Of a stretch of DNA of 64,000 nt, positions 39,888-52,644 are shown piece by piece. Source of the DNA: Octopus vulgaris (lineage: Eukaryota). The translations under genes and the position numbers were made by a program. Under the pieces are notes generated by a model. The model saw nothing but the letters and a program-made list of their open reading frames with translations, had not been told where the DNA came from and ran no database searches. The stretch lies in assembly GCA_951406725.2 (NCBI GenBank), contig OX597816.1:83514001-83578000 (forward strand), read 5' to 3'. Numbering within the stretch: the stretch's first letter is position 1; every line of letters begins with the position of its first letter.

Positions 39888-39930
39888 TGTATGTATGTAT
39901 GTATGTATGCATATGTTTTATTTATTAAAT
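39440..39930 (+). mobile_element. Family P1 copy
   Basis: Same ribozyme block and tail as 45373-45735. Runs into (TATG)n/(TA)n. Left boundary approximate. Confidence 0.6.
39628..39689 (+). ncRNA. Non-circularly permuted hammerhead-like ribozyme (family P1)
   Basis: CGUGU-U-CUGCCCU-uac-CUUC-GAA-ACACG-(15 nt)-GGGGCAG-CUGAAGA-a-GGGG. Stem I differs from the 45419 copy by a compensatory U-A to C-G change. Confidence 0.65.
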
Positions 39931-39961
39931 TGTATATATATTATATGTATATATATAAATG

Positions 39962-40019
<58 letters not shown>

Positions 40020-40020
<1 letters not shown>

Positions 40021-40152
40021 GTTTGTGTGCGTTTGTGTGTTTGTGTTTGTCCCCACCATCGCTTGACAACCGATGTTGGTGTGTTTACGTCCCCGTAACT
40101 AGCGGTTCGACAAGATAAACCGATAGAGTAAACAAATAAAAGAGTAAAAGAC

Positions 40153-40203
<51 letters not shown>

Positions 40204-40550
40204 GCTTATGAATTTGTGTTGCAAGATTTTTTATGCGAAACCGTATGCTGAAACAGATATTATATTTCCGGACGTTCATTTTTTTTGCCAAATAATGGAG
40301 TAAACGGAGCAAGAGCACACATGAAGATGGAAAGTGTTGCTGAAGAGGTCATAGATGTGTGACAAAAGATTCCTGGACAGGAGTACCACCTTAAAGGACA
40401 TTTTAGTCGAACAAATCGACTCCATGGCTTATACATTGTCAGCCTAGTACTTATTGTAGCGCTCTCTCTTGCAGAACCGCTAAGTTTCGGGGAAGCCATC
40501 ATCATCTGTCAAGCGATGGAGGACAAGCAAACACAAAGCCAGACACACAG
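40020..40550. mobile_element. SINE group A 3'-half fragments (+ 40020-40150, diverged - 40380-40550)
   Basis: gcttgacaaccgatgttggtgtgtttacgtccccgtaac and its degenerate reverse complement. Confidence 0.65.
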
Positions 40551-41027
40551 AGGATTATCCAAACTTCTTACTGCCTCCTTTTTATCAATATACAAAATCT
40601 GTACAACACTTCAAATTACGATGAAAGTAAACAAAGTTTGCTTTAGAAGCGTTGAGATGTATTGAAAGATAAGAAAATAATTTTGTTCTCAAACGCAGGA
40701 TAATGCTAGTAATATAGCATGAACAGGATAAACTACCCGGGTTGTAAATAACCAAACTGTAAAATGCTAACAAATTGGCTAGACTTTAGCAAACGTTCAT
40801 AAGCAGAGATAATTGTACACCCAGTTTTTGTGACAGTTAAATTTGTTTCTGTGAGACAAGGTTGTACAATTAAATTCTGGAAGCTATGATTGCCTGTTTA
40901 GTTTATGCACTTTTTGCTTTGTGTTAGGCATTTATGGATTTATTTTATGCTCCAGGAATTCGCCAGAACTTTTGATTGTTAGATTTAAATAATTTCTGTG
41001 TCACATCTGGGCCCAAAGTTCGAAAAG

Positions 41028-41170
41028 CAAATTTATGAAACCAAATTTCTGAATCCAAATTTATGAAACCAAATTTCAGAATTCAAATTTATGAAACCAT
41101 ATTTTTGAAACCAAATTACGAATCCGAATTTATGAAATCAAGTTTATGAAACCAAATTTCTGAATCCAAA
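41028..41170 (+). repeat. Minisatellite, 14-bp unit (caaatttatgaaac / caaatttctgaatc)
   Basis: About 10 degenerate units, partly alternating into a 28-bp higher-order unit. Confidence 0.85.
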
Positions 41171-42119
41171 TCTCTAAACTGTATATATTTTACTTCTGTT
41201 AATAATATTTAAAAACAAAAACACCATGGTGTGTTGTTGTTCTGGGAGCACCTCATCATTGTTGGTTGTGTAAATTCGGGTTATGGCCACCAAGTCGTAA
41301 CATTATATACAAACACACTCACACACATGGTGTTATTAAGTTAGACATGATCTGAGTTGCTTCTGATTGAAACTTAGCTAAGTATCTAAGTTTATACATT
41401 TTGTATACATGTAGAGAATATATATTATATAACTCACTCATGCGCGACCGTGCTTACATATTAATACCACAATTAGAGCATCTGTGTGTCAAAACTTTCG
41501 CAAACTTTTTGAGAATGGAATAAAATGATAACAATGTTTGCTTGACGTAGTGTAGTTTTTCAAGTCAGCCGCCCTATTTTCTGCGGGTATTCCACTTACA
41601 CACGCATACACACACATGCACACACATACTCACACATACATTTATGCATACACACACACACACATACATTTATGTATATTCATGACATTATATATGACGA
41701 TGGCTTAGATGTCTGCGAAGTCAATAACATTCTTGTTTAACAACAATAAATTTGTACTGGACAAACGTATAGAGTACTCCTTCAGATTAATCTATAATTA
41801 CTATTATTATAAGAGAACAAAGAAAAAAACAAACATTAATATAAATACACACACACACACACACACGTGTGTTTATGTGTGTTGTTAAACGTAATAGCTA
41901 CAGTGTTTCGTTAAAGTTAGTTCCATTTAAAGAAGTATAGTGTTAAAATCACAGTATAATAGTAGAATTCAAAGCTAGCGGAAAAGAAATGGCCAAGAGG
42001 TGGATGAGAACAAAATATCGATATTTCGCAATTTTCGCAGTTCTTGCTGCTCGTTGCTGTTGTTGTTATTGTCCCCACTTCCGAAACGGATTCGAAATAG
42101 CCAACCGTATACTCTCTCT

Positions 42120-42775
42120 CTCTTTTACTCTTTTACTTGTTTCAGTCATTAGACTGCGGCCATGCTGGAGCACCGCCTTTTAGTACTTATTCTATCGGTC
42201 TCTTTTGCCGAACCGCTAAGTGTCGGGGACGTAAACACACCAGCATCGGTTGTCAAGCAATGCTAGGGGGACAAACACAGGCACACAAACACATACGCAC
42301 ACACACATATATATATACATATATACGACAGGCTTCTTTCAGTTTCCGTCTACCAAATCCACTCACAAGGCATTGGTCAGCCCGGGGCTATAGCAGAAGA
42401 CACTTGCCCAAGATGCCACGCAGTGGGACTGAACCCTGAACCATGTGGTTGGTTAGCAAGCAACTTACCACACAGCCACTCCTGCGCCTTATTCTTTTAC
42501 TTGTTTCGGGCATTTGACTGCGGTCATGCTGGAGCACCGTCTTCAAGGGTTTTAGCCAAACAAATCGCGCCCGGGACTTATTTCTTTTCAGCCTAATACT
42601 TATTCTATCGGGGCTTTTGCCGAGCTGCTAAGTTACAGGGACGTAAACACACGAACGCCAGTTGTGATACGGTGATTGGGGGGAGGACCAGCCACAAAGA
42701 CAAACACACATAGATACACTCCACACGCACGCACGCACACACACACACACGCATACACACTCACGCACACACACA

Positions 42776-42820
<45 letters not shown>

Positions 42821-42995
42821 TTATATACACGATGGGCTTCTTTCAGTTTCTGTCCACCGAAACCACTCACAGGGCTTTGGTTACACACATAGGCTACAGT
42901 AGTAAACACTTGTCCAAGGTACCGTGCAATGAGACTGAACCCGAAACCGTATGGTTGGGAAGCAAACTTTTTACTTCACAACCACACCTGCAGAT
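42120..42995 (-). mobile_element. Two consecutive group A SINEs (about 42120-42489 and 42490-42995)
   Basis: Reverse-complement matches to 10557-10960. Confidence 0.88.
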
Positions 42996-43881
42996 GTGCT
43001 ATAGCGTCGCACAAATACAACAAAATTCAAATGTTGTGTTAGAAGCAGTTCAATAACGTAAAAATTACCAATACCACATCCTTCATGCATGTGAGTAGTT
43101 AAACGCTGATGCAGCTTTTCACTCTTAATCTAAATTTCATTCTGCTTGTGAGGCGCTATTTCATATCAGGAAATAATTTTTATAATATTTGTATATACTT
43201 CTAACTGGCTATTTCGAACTCGGGAAGTGGGGTGAGTACGCGACAAAGATGACCAACAAAAACTGCCATATAGTGATAGCTGTCATCTCGTTCACTTTCG
43301 GGCGGTTTTATTTTGACAAGCTATAAAGTATACTGTGTTCACATTTCATCTCACTAAATGGACCTACATTAAACCAAACAGTTATCAATGTTTAACAACA
43401 CACATACATTACGTTTGTGACATTGTTAATATATATAAATATATATATATATATATACACACACATTTATATAATCGTATATATCTATTCATATATAAAC
43501 AACATATTCATTTTTTACAAATATATATATATATATATACATGCATATCTTCATATATATGAATAAATATATATATGTTTATATACAATCACGCACACAC
43601 ACACACACACACAGACACACACACACAGAGACACACACACACATTGATTGATAGATGAATTGTGGGTAATATAATGCAAGATGATAATAGATGCATGTCG
43701 AATTCCTACCTTAACTCCGACTTTAAACGCAACTTTAAATGCATCGATGAACTGGTATCGGGTCAGATTGTAAGATTTTTATATTTTATATAATATACAG
43801 AGAAAAGAAAAAAACGAATAATGGTGCATAAATTAGAAGAAATCGCTAGAAAGATCTAGTAATGGATCTTCATGTTAAGTG

Positions 43882-43932
<51 letters not shown>

Positions 43933-43970
43933 GTATGTATGTGCATGTGTATATATATGTGTATATATGT

Positions 43971-44002
<32 letters not shown>

Positions 44003-44809
44003 GTTTGTGTGTGTGCGTGTATGTATATGTATATATATATATATATATATAAATATGAGTGTGTGTTTGTATCTGCGTGTGTGTATGTATTCATATGTGT
44101 ATGTATATATGGGTGAGTGTACATATATATGTATGTGCATGTATATATATATTGATATATGGATATGCAAGTTATTCTTAAGAAATAAAGACAAGGGGTC
44201 GAAGAACCCAATTTCTATTAAAACCCCAAGGGGAACAACGTCCCCCCGACGACAACTATTAATATTACTACTGCTAGTTATTCGACTGCTACAGCCACTG
44301 CTATAGAAAACAAGTCTTGACCACCGTATTTAATTTACCAAAACAAACAGACAGTAGTAATTTGCGGTCACAGACCCTTCAACTTGTCATGCCACGAAAA
44401 CTAACGGAAATTACCACGTGCTCTTGTAGAAGAAAGGAAAGTAAAATATAAATGTTAATTTTAATTTTAGTTTAATTTTATTAATAGCTCTTTTTTCTCT
44501 ATATATATTCTATTTTAGTAATTTTTGAAAAAGGCGTTTCAAAAACCTAAACATGTAAAACAAAACCAAAACATTCTTTTTTTCATATACACATACACAC
44601 ATAGACAGACACACACACACATATATATATATATATGTTATTCTATTTCGGAATGGTCATTTTGCCAGTTTAGCCAATAAAAACACATGCACTATATATT
44701 TGGTGTTACTTTGCTTCAGTGTTATTTATTTTTTACATTAAGCTTAATCTTATTTCGGCCAGAGTTCTTTCGTCAGTGGTCCTTTGCGTTCTTGATATAA
44801 AAATCTTGC

Positions 44810-44856
<47 letters not shown>

Positions 44857-45156
44857 AGAAAGGGGTTTGCATGATCGTGTATAGAAGAACATTTTAGTCA
44901 AAGGAGTTCCAACTCTGTTTTTCACGATATATTTATAATCTTCTAACGTTAATATAAGATATAAAATGATATAGTAAAAAGAAATGAAATGATGTATTAA
45001 TTTTCTATTCTTATTGCACAAATAAAATATTAAATGTCCACTCTTATTAAACTAGTATATTTTCTTGCATTTATGACGCAATCTTCAAGTACATTGGTGG
45101 TGATAGTTACGGACAGAGTTGGAATTCCTTTGAGTAATATATATTTATATATACAT

Positions 45157-45194
<38 letters not shown>

Positions 45195-45200
45195 GAATGA

Positions 45201-45258
<58 letters not shown>

Positions 45259-45282
45259 ATATATACATATATACATATATAT

Positions 45283-45372
<90 letters not shown>

Positions 45373-45375
<3 letters not shown>

Positions 45376-45735
45376 ATTTTATTTTAATTCTCTCGAGAGA
45401 AGGCCTAGCATGACCAGACGTGTCCTGTCTTGCCTTCGAAACACGCTATGTCTGCTAGCGACAGCTGATGAAGGGGATTTTTCCTTGTGCAGCATGTCCT
45501 GTACTTCGTTTTTCTGCTTTACACAATTGTTTTTCCCGTTTTCGTTTCGTCTTGTTCCACGTCTCTGTCCTTCTGTTGTAACAAAATGGCTTTTCCGTTT
45601 TCGTTTCTGTTGATTTTTACGTCTTCTTGTGGTGTTCTGTACGTATATATATTTATATATGCATGTATATATACATGTAGATGTCGGTACGTACATATAT
45701 GTTTGTATGTATGCATATATTTTATTTATTACACT
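45373..45735 (+). mobile_element. (TA)n-embedded non-coding element, family P1 (Penelope pLTR-like)
   Basis: Shares 3' tail 'gcatgtatatatacatgtagatgt.ggtacgtacatatatgt' with the 39.6 kb and 27.4 kb copies. (TA)n on both sides. Confidence 0.65.
45419..45476 (+). ncRNA. Non-circularly permuted hammerhead-like ribozyme (family P1)
   Basis: CGUGU-C-CUGUC-uugc-CUUC-GAA-ACACG-(14 nt)-GACAG-CUGAUGA-a-GGGG. Stem III 45419-23/45441-45, GUC triplet, stem I 45425-29/45460-64, stem II 45434-37/45473-76 (two G-U pairs). Confidence 0.7.
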
Positions 45736-45892
45736 ATATATATATATATATATATACATACATACAAAGTGTGGGGATTTAGTTCACAGGTGATTTAAAC
45801 GACTAGGTACACTGGGTAAGTGCTGTTACGGATTACTGGGGCTCCAAGTTTATAGCCAAGACGGTAGTTATAGAGCCATTGTAGATTTCCGA

Positions 45893-46044
45893 TGTATATA
45901 ATTGTTAAAGAGGTCAACAAACGTTAAGGCAAGACAAACTTCTCAAATCATATACGTTATTATTTTTCCAATAATAATAACGTATATTACTTGAGATGTT
46001 TGTCTTGCCTTAAAGTTTGTTGTCCTCTTTAACAATTATATACA
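45893..46044. repeat. Fold-back hairpin (72-bp arms, 5 mismatches, 8-nt loop)
   Basis: 45893-45964 vs reverse complement of 45973-46044. Confidence 0.92.
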
Positions 46045-46593
46045 TATATATATGTATAAGTGTGTGTACGTGAGTGTATGTATGTATATATATACATATA
46101 TATATATATGTATCTTTACATACATATATACTCAGACAAACGCACACACATACATACACACACATACACATGATTTAAATTCATGTGCCATTGAGTTTCA
46201 ACCCTGTTTCCTAAGCAATATAGAATAGTTTATCACCAAAATGTTGGATACCGGTGGCATGAATGAAAATGTGCCAATTATACGAATATTCTTGAAACAG
46301 CTGTAAGGTACACTCTGCATACCGCTCTTCATCTCTTTTAACTCGATGATTTTATCTGTGGTAACTTCCTCGTCAATAACCTCATGTCAGTAATAATTAC
46401 TTTGCGCCTCCTCCTCGAGTCTACAAGCGTTGATGTCAACAATTACGAATTTCCATTAACAGAACTTTTATTGATCTCTTGTGACTTATACTCTTTTATC
46501 CATCCGTTTTTCTCTACATACTGTACAAATATGTCATAATCTGAACCCGCTTTTCTTTTATTTCCTATCATACAGACACATATATACACACAA

Positions 46594-46683
<90 letters not shown>

Positions 46684-46709
46684 ATATATATATGTATATA
46701 CATGTATGT

Positions 46710-46960
46710 GGAGGCGCGTGGCTTAGTGGTTAGGGTGTCAGCATCATGATCGTAAGATTGTGGTTTCGATTCCTGGACCGGGTGACGCGTTGTTCTTCTT
46801 GAGCAAAACACTTCATTTCACGTTGCTCCAGTCCACTCATCTGGCAAAAATGAGTAACGCTGCGATGGATTGGCGTCCCATCCAGCTGGGGAACACATAC
46901 GCCATGAAAACCGGGAAAATGGGCCCATGAGCTTGGCTAGGCTTTAAAAGGGCGCATTTA
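46710..46960 (+). mobile_element. tRNA-derived CORE-type SINE (group C1)
   Basis: Head ggcgcgtggcttagtggttagg...gtttcgattcc, CORE-like cttgagcaaaacacttcatttcacgttgctccagtccactca, tail gctgcgatggattggcgtccc...gggcgcat. Confidence 0.85.
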
Positions 46961-48144
46961 TCTTTTTATTATATACATGTATATAATGATAAGTTTGATG
47001 CCCTGAAATTGACGGGGAACGTGTTGGAGTACAATACTTACATTTGTCGCTGAAAGATGTCCCGCATCCATATTGACATTCACAATGCTACGCAACTACC
47101 TGATCCCAAGAGCTCTAATAATTTCCATGTAAATGCATACTTAGTTTCTAAAGTTATCTATTTAATTTCACTTGAAACATGTGTGTGTGTTTGTGTGTGC
47201 GCGCGAACGTTTGTTTTTGCACAAGTGTGTGTGAACCATTGTATTTTAACTAGTATATATGTGAACCATTGTATTTCAACTAATTGTAATTGTTTTTTTA
47301 ATCTAAGTCATTTGTTTGATACTGTACTGAGCTTGGTAATTCACTATCATATTTAAATATCTAATACCGACAAAACCATTATTTTTAGGTTCGATTTATT
47401 TGATCGTAATGTACTATGGATACCTGTCGTATTAATTACAGGAAGACATAATTGAACCTTGTAGATTTGAACTGAATTTACTGAAAAGAGAAACTGAATA
47501 CTATAGGTGTGAATTGTGAGATATCGATTTGCAGAACGACTAACGTTTCGGACTGTTATTTACACCAGCGACAAAAGGCCACACTTATACTCTTTGTTCA
47601 AAGGCAAGACCTCCATTAGACTTTTACTCCAGGCAGAATTTTGAATATTTTTCATTCCCCTTTTCTCAATTTATTCTGTTGTTGCCAAACTAACGGACAT
47701 TAGTTTTTTTTTAATGTTTCAGTCACAACCCTCAGTAACGTAATAGTTTGTTTTTTTCAATCTAAGTCACTTCTGCCAACTTAGCCGTTTTGGAAGAGTT
47801 ATAATATTTCGTGAAGATTCCACATTTTATAATCGTATTTTCTTGATTTTTAATGTATAAGTGTTATATGCTGATACAGTCTCCCATTATATTAAAGATT
47901 TCGTTTATGTCTTCGATTTCCTTCTGTTCTGAAGTGTGATTAAAGCCTAACGCTTATTTAATTTTATTGAAGATTTCGATCATGCTTCGATTTGTTTCCA
48001 TACACATGGCTATTTAAAGCATTGCACACAATCTTGTTTCATTATAGTTTAATTATATATTTCGATCATGTCCTCGGTTTCTTTCCATAGTTAAGTTTGT
48101 TTAATTCGAAACACAAACTTGTTTTATTATATTAAACATTTATT

Positions 48145-48585
48145 GGCTGCGAGCTGGCAGAAACGTTAGCACGCCGGGCAAAATGTGTAGCAGTATTTCG
48201 TTTGTCTTTACGTTCTGAGTTCAAATTCCGCCGCGGTTGACTTTGCCTTTCATCCTTTCGGGGTCGACAAATTAAGTACCAGATGCGTACTGGGGTCGAT
48301 CTAATAGACTGTTCCCCTCCCCCAAAATTTCGGGCCTTGTGCCTAGAGTAGAAAAGAATATTTTAAAGAAGGCGGCAAGCTGGCAGAAATGTTAATACGC
48401 CGGGCGAAATGCTTATCGGAATTTCGTCCGTCTTTACGTTCTGAGTTCAAATTCCGCCGCGGTTGACTTTGCCTTTCATCCTTTCGGGGTCAATAAATTA
48501 AGTACCAGTTGCGTACTGGAGTCGATCTAATCGACTGGCTCCTTCCCCCCAGATTTCGGGCCTTGTGCTTAGAGTAGAAAAGATT
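48145..48585 (+). mobile_element. SINE group B, two tandem monomers
   Basis: 48145-48358 and 48370-48585, each with complete head and tail. Confidence 0.9.
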
Positions 48586-49288
48586 ATATTAGACATTTCG
48601 ATTTTATCTTTGAATTCGTTTGATACCCAAGGCTCTTTAAAGTGTAGTAATCGAACACACGAACATCGTGACAATCAGAATGGTATAGTTTTAGCCATAA
48701 AAATTATTTTGTATAGAAGATAAATATAAAGTAGTAAGCTTTATACTTTCCGCAATAATTAATAGTCATTATAATTGAAATTGCATCAACCACAACTGGG
48801 CCACGTTAAATCGTTTTATCAGACAAGATTCACTGTGAACTCATAATGAGTGTATCGCATATCTATAGGTTATATCTGTCACAGTAGTAAATTATGGCCA
48901 CTAACATAGGAGAGACAAATGATGCCGCGCCCAGAATCAGTTGTTCCTTTACAATTTCATAGCAATTTACTTAACATTTATGGTTAAATGTATTTTCGAT
49001 TATTAATTAGAGCTGTTTCAGCTCATCACGTGACCAATTTTAGCTTTTGATGCAAGTCCAAGCCTGAAATCAGAGTATTAAGACAGTTTAGTATATAATC
49101 CTGATCTTGACAGTGGGGTAGTCTTAGTTCTAACAGGTAGTGAATTATCAGAGCCAATAGAATACTGCGCAGCCGGCTCACTATATTATGATATTAATAC
49201 TAGTGACGACGCCTTGTATTCCTTCGATGTCAATAAATAGTACTTGCCAAGTAGTGGGGCTGTTTATTCTCTTCCAACATCTGTCTAG

Positions 49289-49375
<87 letters not shown>

Positions 49376-50269
49376 GTCTGTCTGTCTGTCGGTCTGTATG
49401 TCTGTCTAGCTATCTCTTTAATATATCACTAATACATAGTTTTAATGCTATAGTATACTATAAATTATAATGAAAGATTTTAGTCAATGTTGTATGCTTA
49501 GGTCTAAACAAAATGTATGCATATAAGGAAACTGTTGACGCATCAATGCCAAAATGTGTTATATATGCTCAGTAGTCTATCCCATTTTCATAAACCCTCA
49601 GTAACAGCACATTCATAAGTATCTCTGTGCAGAATTAAACAGAATACACAACCTTAGACTAAATCCCAACACCAGACAGAATCGAGTTCAACTGACGGCT
49701 CATTTTCTGACCACAAAACATTGTATATAAAAACGATTTTTTTCTACACCTGTTTTTCATTCAGTGCTGGCCAAAAGTTTATAGACATAGGCTATAACAA
49801 TGACTTACATATATTATGAAAGATTAATTTGATTTCTCAAAGTAGTAAATTTGCCTCACTCGATGTGATTCTAAAAGAAACGATTTAATGCATCTTCCTG
49901 GAGTGGTAGTCTTAATCGGTCATCCATGATTTATAGATTTCATTGGTTACCTGGTTTCACATCACTGCATTGCTCAGGGGTATCTTTAGCAGAATCCAGG
50001 CTGTTTTTATAACATCCGGATCGTTTAGTGTAATTTGTCATAAGGCGGGTTGCTCCGCTATTTCAGCAAACTCGTGAGCTAATTCACTATTCATTCAACA
50101 TGGCTTGCCCTCTGAATCTTGAGCTCCTACAAAACTTAGTGGGTGTTGATCTTCATCCTTTGACTAACAATTTTAAAAAGTCATAAACAAAAATATTAAT
50201 TGATTAATAAGTGTTAATAATAATGTTTGTGTTGATCTTTTTGCGTTTTTTAATATTCATGCAATACGT

Positions 50270-51393
50270 ATTCTACGTATATTTGTTAATAATTTTATTT
50301 GTGTAAAAAAAATTAAAAATAAAATAAAACAACATGCGTACGTATGAAGACAAAAAGGTATGAATAATTGTTTTTTTTTTTTCAGTACATATATAATTAA
50401 CTGTCTCTTCTTGCTTGTATTGGTGTTGGTTTTGTATATGGATTTTTGTAGGTGTGTATGTGTGCAAGTATGCGGGTATGTTGTTTTCTTGTGCGTCTGT
50501 GCAACTATGCATAGCTTTATTTATTGTTTTTTTATTTATATATGTTATTGATGATGTTTTTCTTGTTCTTCAGCCTATAATGATATGCAAGCAAAAATAA
50601 GATATTTGGGGAGAAATGTAAGAATACAGAGAAATTAAAAGAGGGTGAGTGGTGGATGGTTTTAATTAAGTAAATATGTAAGTAAATGAGTGAGTGAGGT
50701 TGTGAGTTTGAGTTTGAATTTCAGCTTGAGTTTTTCGTTTCAGTTTCAATTTGAGTGTGAAATTGAGCGTGAATTTTAGTTCCAGTTTGAATGTGAGACT
50801 GAGCTTCTGTCTAAGATTGAATTTGAATTTCAGTACCAATTTGTATCAGTCAGTTGTGAGAGAAATATCGGGGAGAGAGACAAAGAGAGAGAAAGCGAGA
50901 GAGAAAGAAAGAGAGAGAAGGGGAGATGCGAGGGAAGTGTTTATATCGCTTGAACATATATATTTTTTCACAGTTTTAAAAAATATCTTGTATGAATATG
51001 CATGTGTGCCTGCGTGTGTGTACGTGTGTGTATGCATGCGTGTGTATATGTGTGTGTATGTGTGCACGTATGTCTGCATTGAATCCGTTCTGTTCAATTG
51101 TTTTATGTTCTATCAGGGGTGTACAGTTCATGTTCCAGTCTTAGCTTCTTGCAATTTAGTTTTCTTCTCCAAAGTACTGAAGAGAAATTGCTTCACTGAA
51201 TATATATATATACTTTGTATTTTTTCTCAGTTTCTTTTTTGTTTTACTTTTTTTTTCATTCCACTTCAGCCATCTTGTTCACATTTTATCATTATTTCTA
51301 TTTTTTTAATTTTTAATGATTTAAAAAACAAAAAAAAAAACAAAAAGAAAATCCATTCACATAATTGAAATTGTTATTGTTACTACTGTCATT

Positions 51394-51471
<78 letters not shown>

Positions 51472-51873
51472 GCAATAATGATGATCATGGTTTCTAACTT
51501 AGGCACAAAGCCACAAATTTGGGGTGGGATGATGGTAAATAGTCGACCCAATATTTAACTGGTGCAATATTTTTATCGAAACCTCCCAGAAAAATGAGAT
51601 GCCAAGTCGACTTTGCGGGATTCGGACAGAGAACGTAAAGGGAAGACATTAAATACCACAAGGCATTTTATTCAGCTGCTCTCTATACCGCCTCTGCCAC
51701 TGGAACCCGGCTAAATAATAATAACTGTAATGAATTTAATCGAGGAACATCTTTGATGACCTTCAAACACTTCTATGCAATGTATTTTTTTTATCATCTT
51801 TTCTTTTGTCCAAGACGTATATTAATCCTTGTTTTTTTTACGTATGGAAATTTCTGATGAATATCTCAAATCA

Positions 51874-51909
<36 letters not shown>

Positions 51910-52473
51910 TAATAATAATAATAATAATAATAATATAATCATTGTCATCGCCTCAGTTTGTATGTTCGTTTGGTTTCTTTGTTATTTTGGTTGTCTTTTT
52001 GTTTTGTATTTTTTTACGATTCATTGTCACATCCTTTATTATCGTTCGCAAATTTCGACATATGCGCCGTTGCTTTATATATTTTTGATATGTGTATGTG
52101 TCAGTGTCTGTTTATGTAAATATGCATCTGTGTGCACATGGTATATGTGTGTATGAGATAACAGTAGCAACAACATAGCAGTCTCTGTAGCTCAAATTGC
52201 AGCACCAAGTCTCTGAATGAGTCGAGTCTGACGAAGTGCAAATGTGTGAAAAACAACTGGGCAGTTCTTTTGCTTTCCTTTGTCGTGTTTTTTGTATTAT
52301 TTTCAGTTCTTTACTTTTATAGTTTTAGTTTTTGTTTTTGTTGTTACTGTTCTTTATGTTTATTGTTGTCTTGCTTTTGTTGTTGCTTATTACAATTGTG
52401 ATGTGTCTTTTATAACTGTTTTTATTGATTGATCCTGAGCCGCGGAGGGTGATATTACAGACGTAGTCTTGGG
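50270..52473 (-). other. Probable 3' UTR of ARID3/dri (distal end uncertain)
   Basis: Follows the stop codon and is A-rich on the sense strand. Candidate AATAAA signals at about 52426-52421, 50525-50517 and 50299-50294. The end is not determinable from sequence alone. Confidence 0.35.
51487..51680 (-). mobile_element. Diverged SINE group B within the putative ARID3 3' UTR
   Basis: atggtttctaacttaggcacaaagcc...gtcgaccc...aactggt...aagtcgact. Confidence 0.6.
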
Positions 52474-52577
52474 CTAAATCCGTCGTGGCTGTTGAGCAAA
52501 CAAGACGCCCTGGTACATGATACCGTTGATCTCCATACTGACCACTAGTGAATTGTCAATCTCCGACCGACCGTCAT
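52474..52577 (-). CDS. ARID3: ARID3/dead ringer-like transcription factor, terminal coding exon (REKLES-beta motif)
   Basis: Acceptor atttctttttcag|AT GAC GGT, phase 1. Encodes (N)DGRSEIDNSLVVSMEINGIMYQGVLFAQQPRRI* (TAG at 52476-52474). Matches the ARID3 signature 'SISMSVEINGIMYTGVLFAQ'. Too short to appear in the ORF track. Confidence 0.92.
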
Positions 52578-52587
52578 CTGAAAAAGA

Positions 52588-52644
<57 letters not shown>

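Noticed and set aside
41028-41170. CRISPR-like array
   Set aside because: Contiguous 14-bp tandem units with no unique spacers, in a eukaryotic context with no cas genes.
45434-45476. Conventional type II hammerhead reading (cleavage at GUC 45450-52)
   Set aside because: Stem I cannot form in that register and it is not conserved in the 39.6 kb copy. The permuted pairing gives 5-bp stems with covariation.
46710-46785. tRNA genes at SINE heads (also 10557, 23840, 28930)
   Set aside because: A/B boxes are present, but I could not fold complete cloverleafs and each runs directly into a SINE body.
52228-52253. CUGACGA...GAAA in the ARID3 3' UTR region
   Set aside because: No convincing stems and probably chance.
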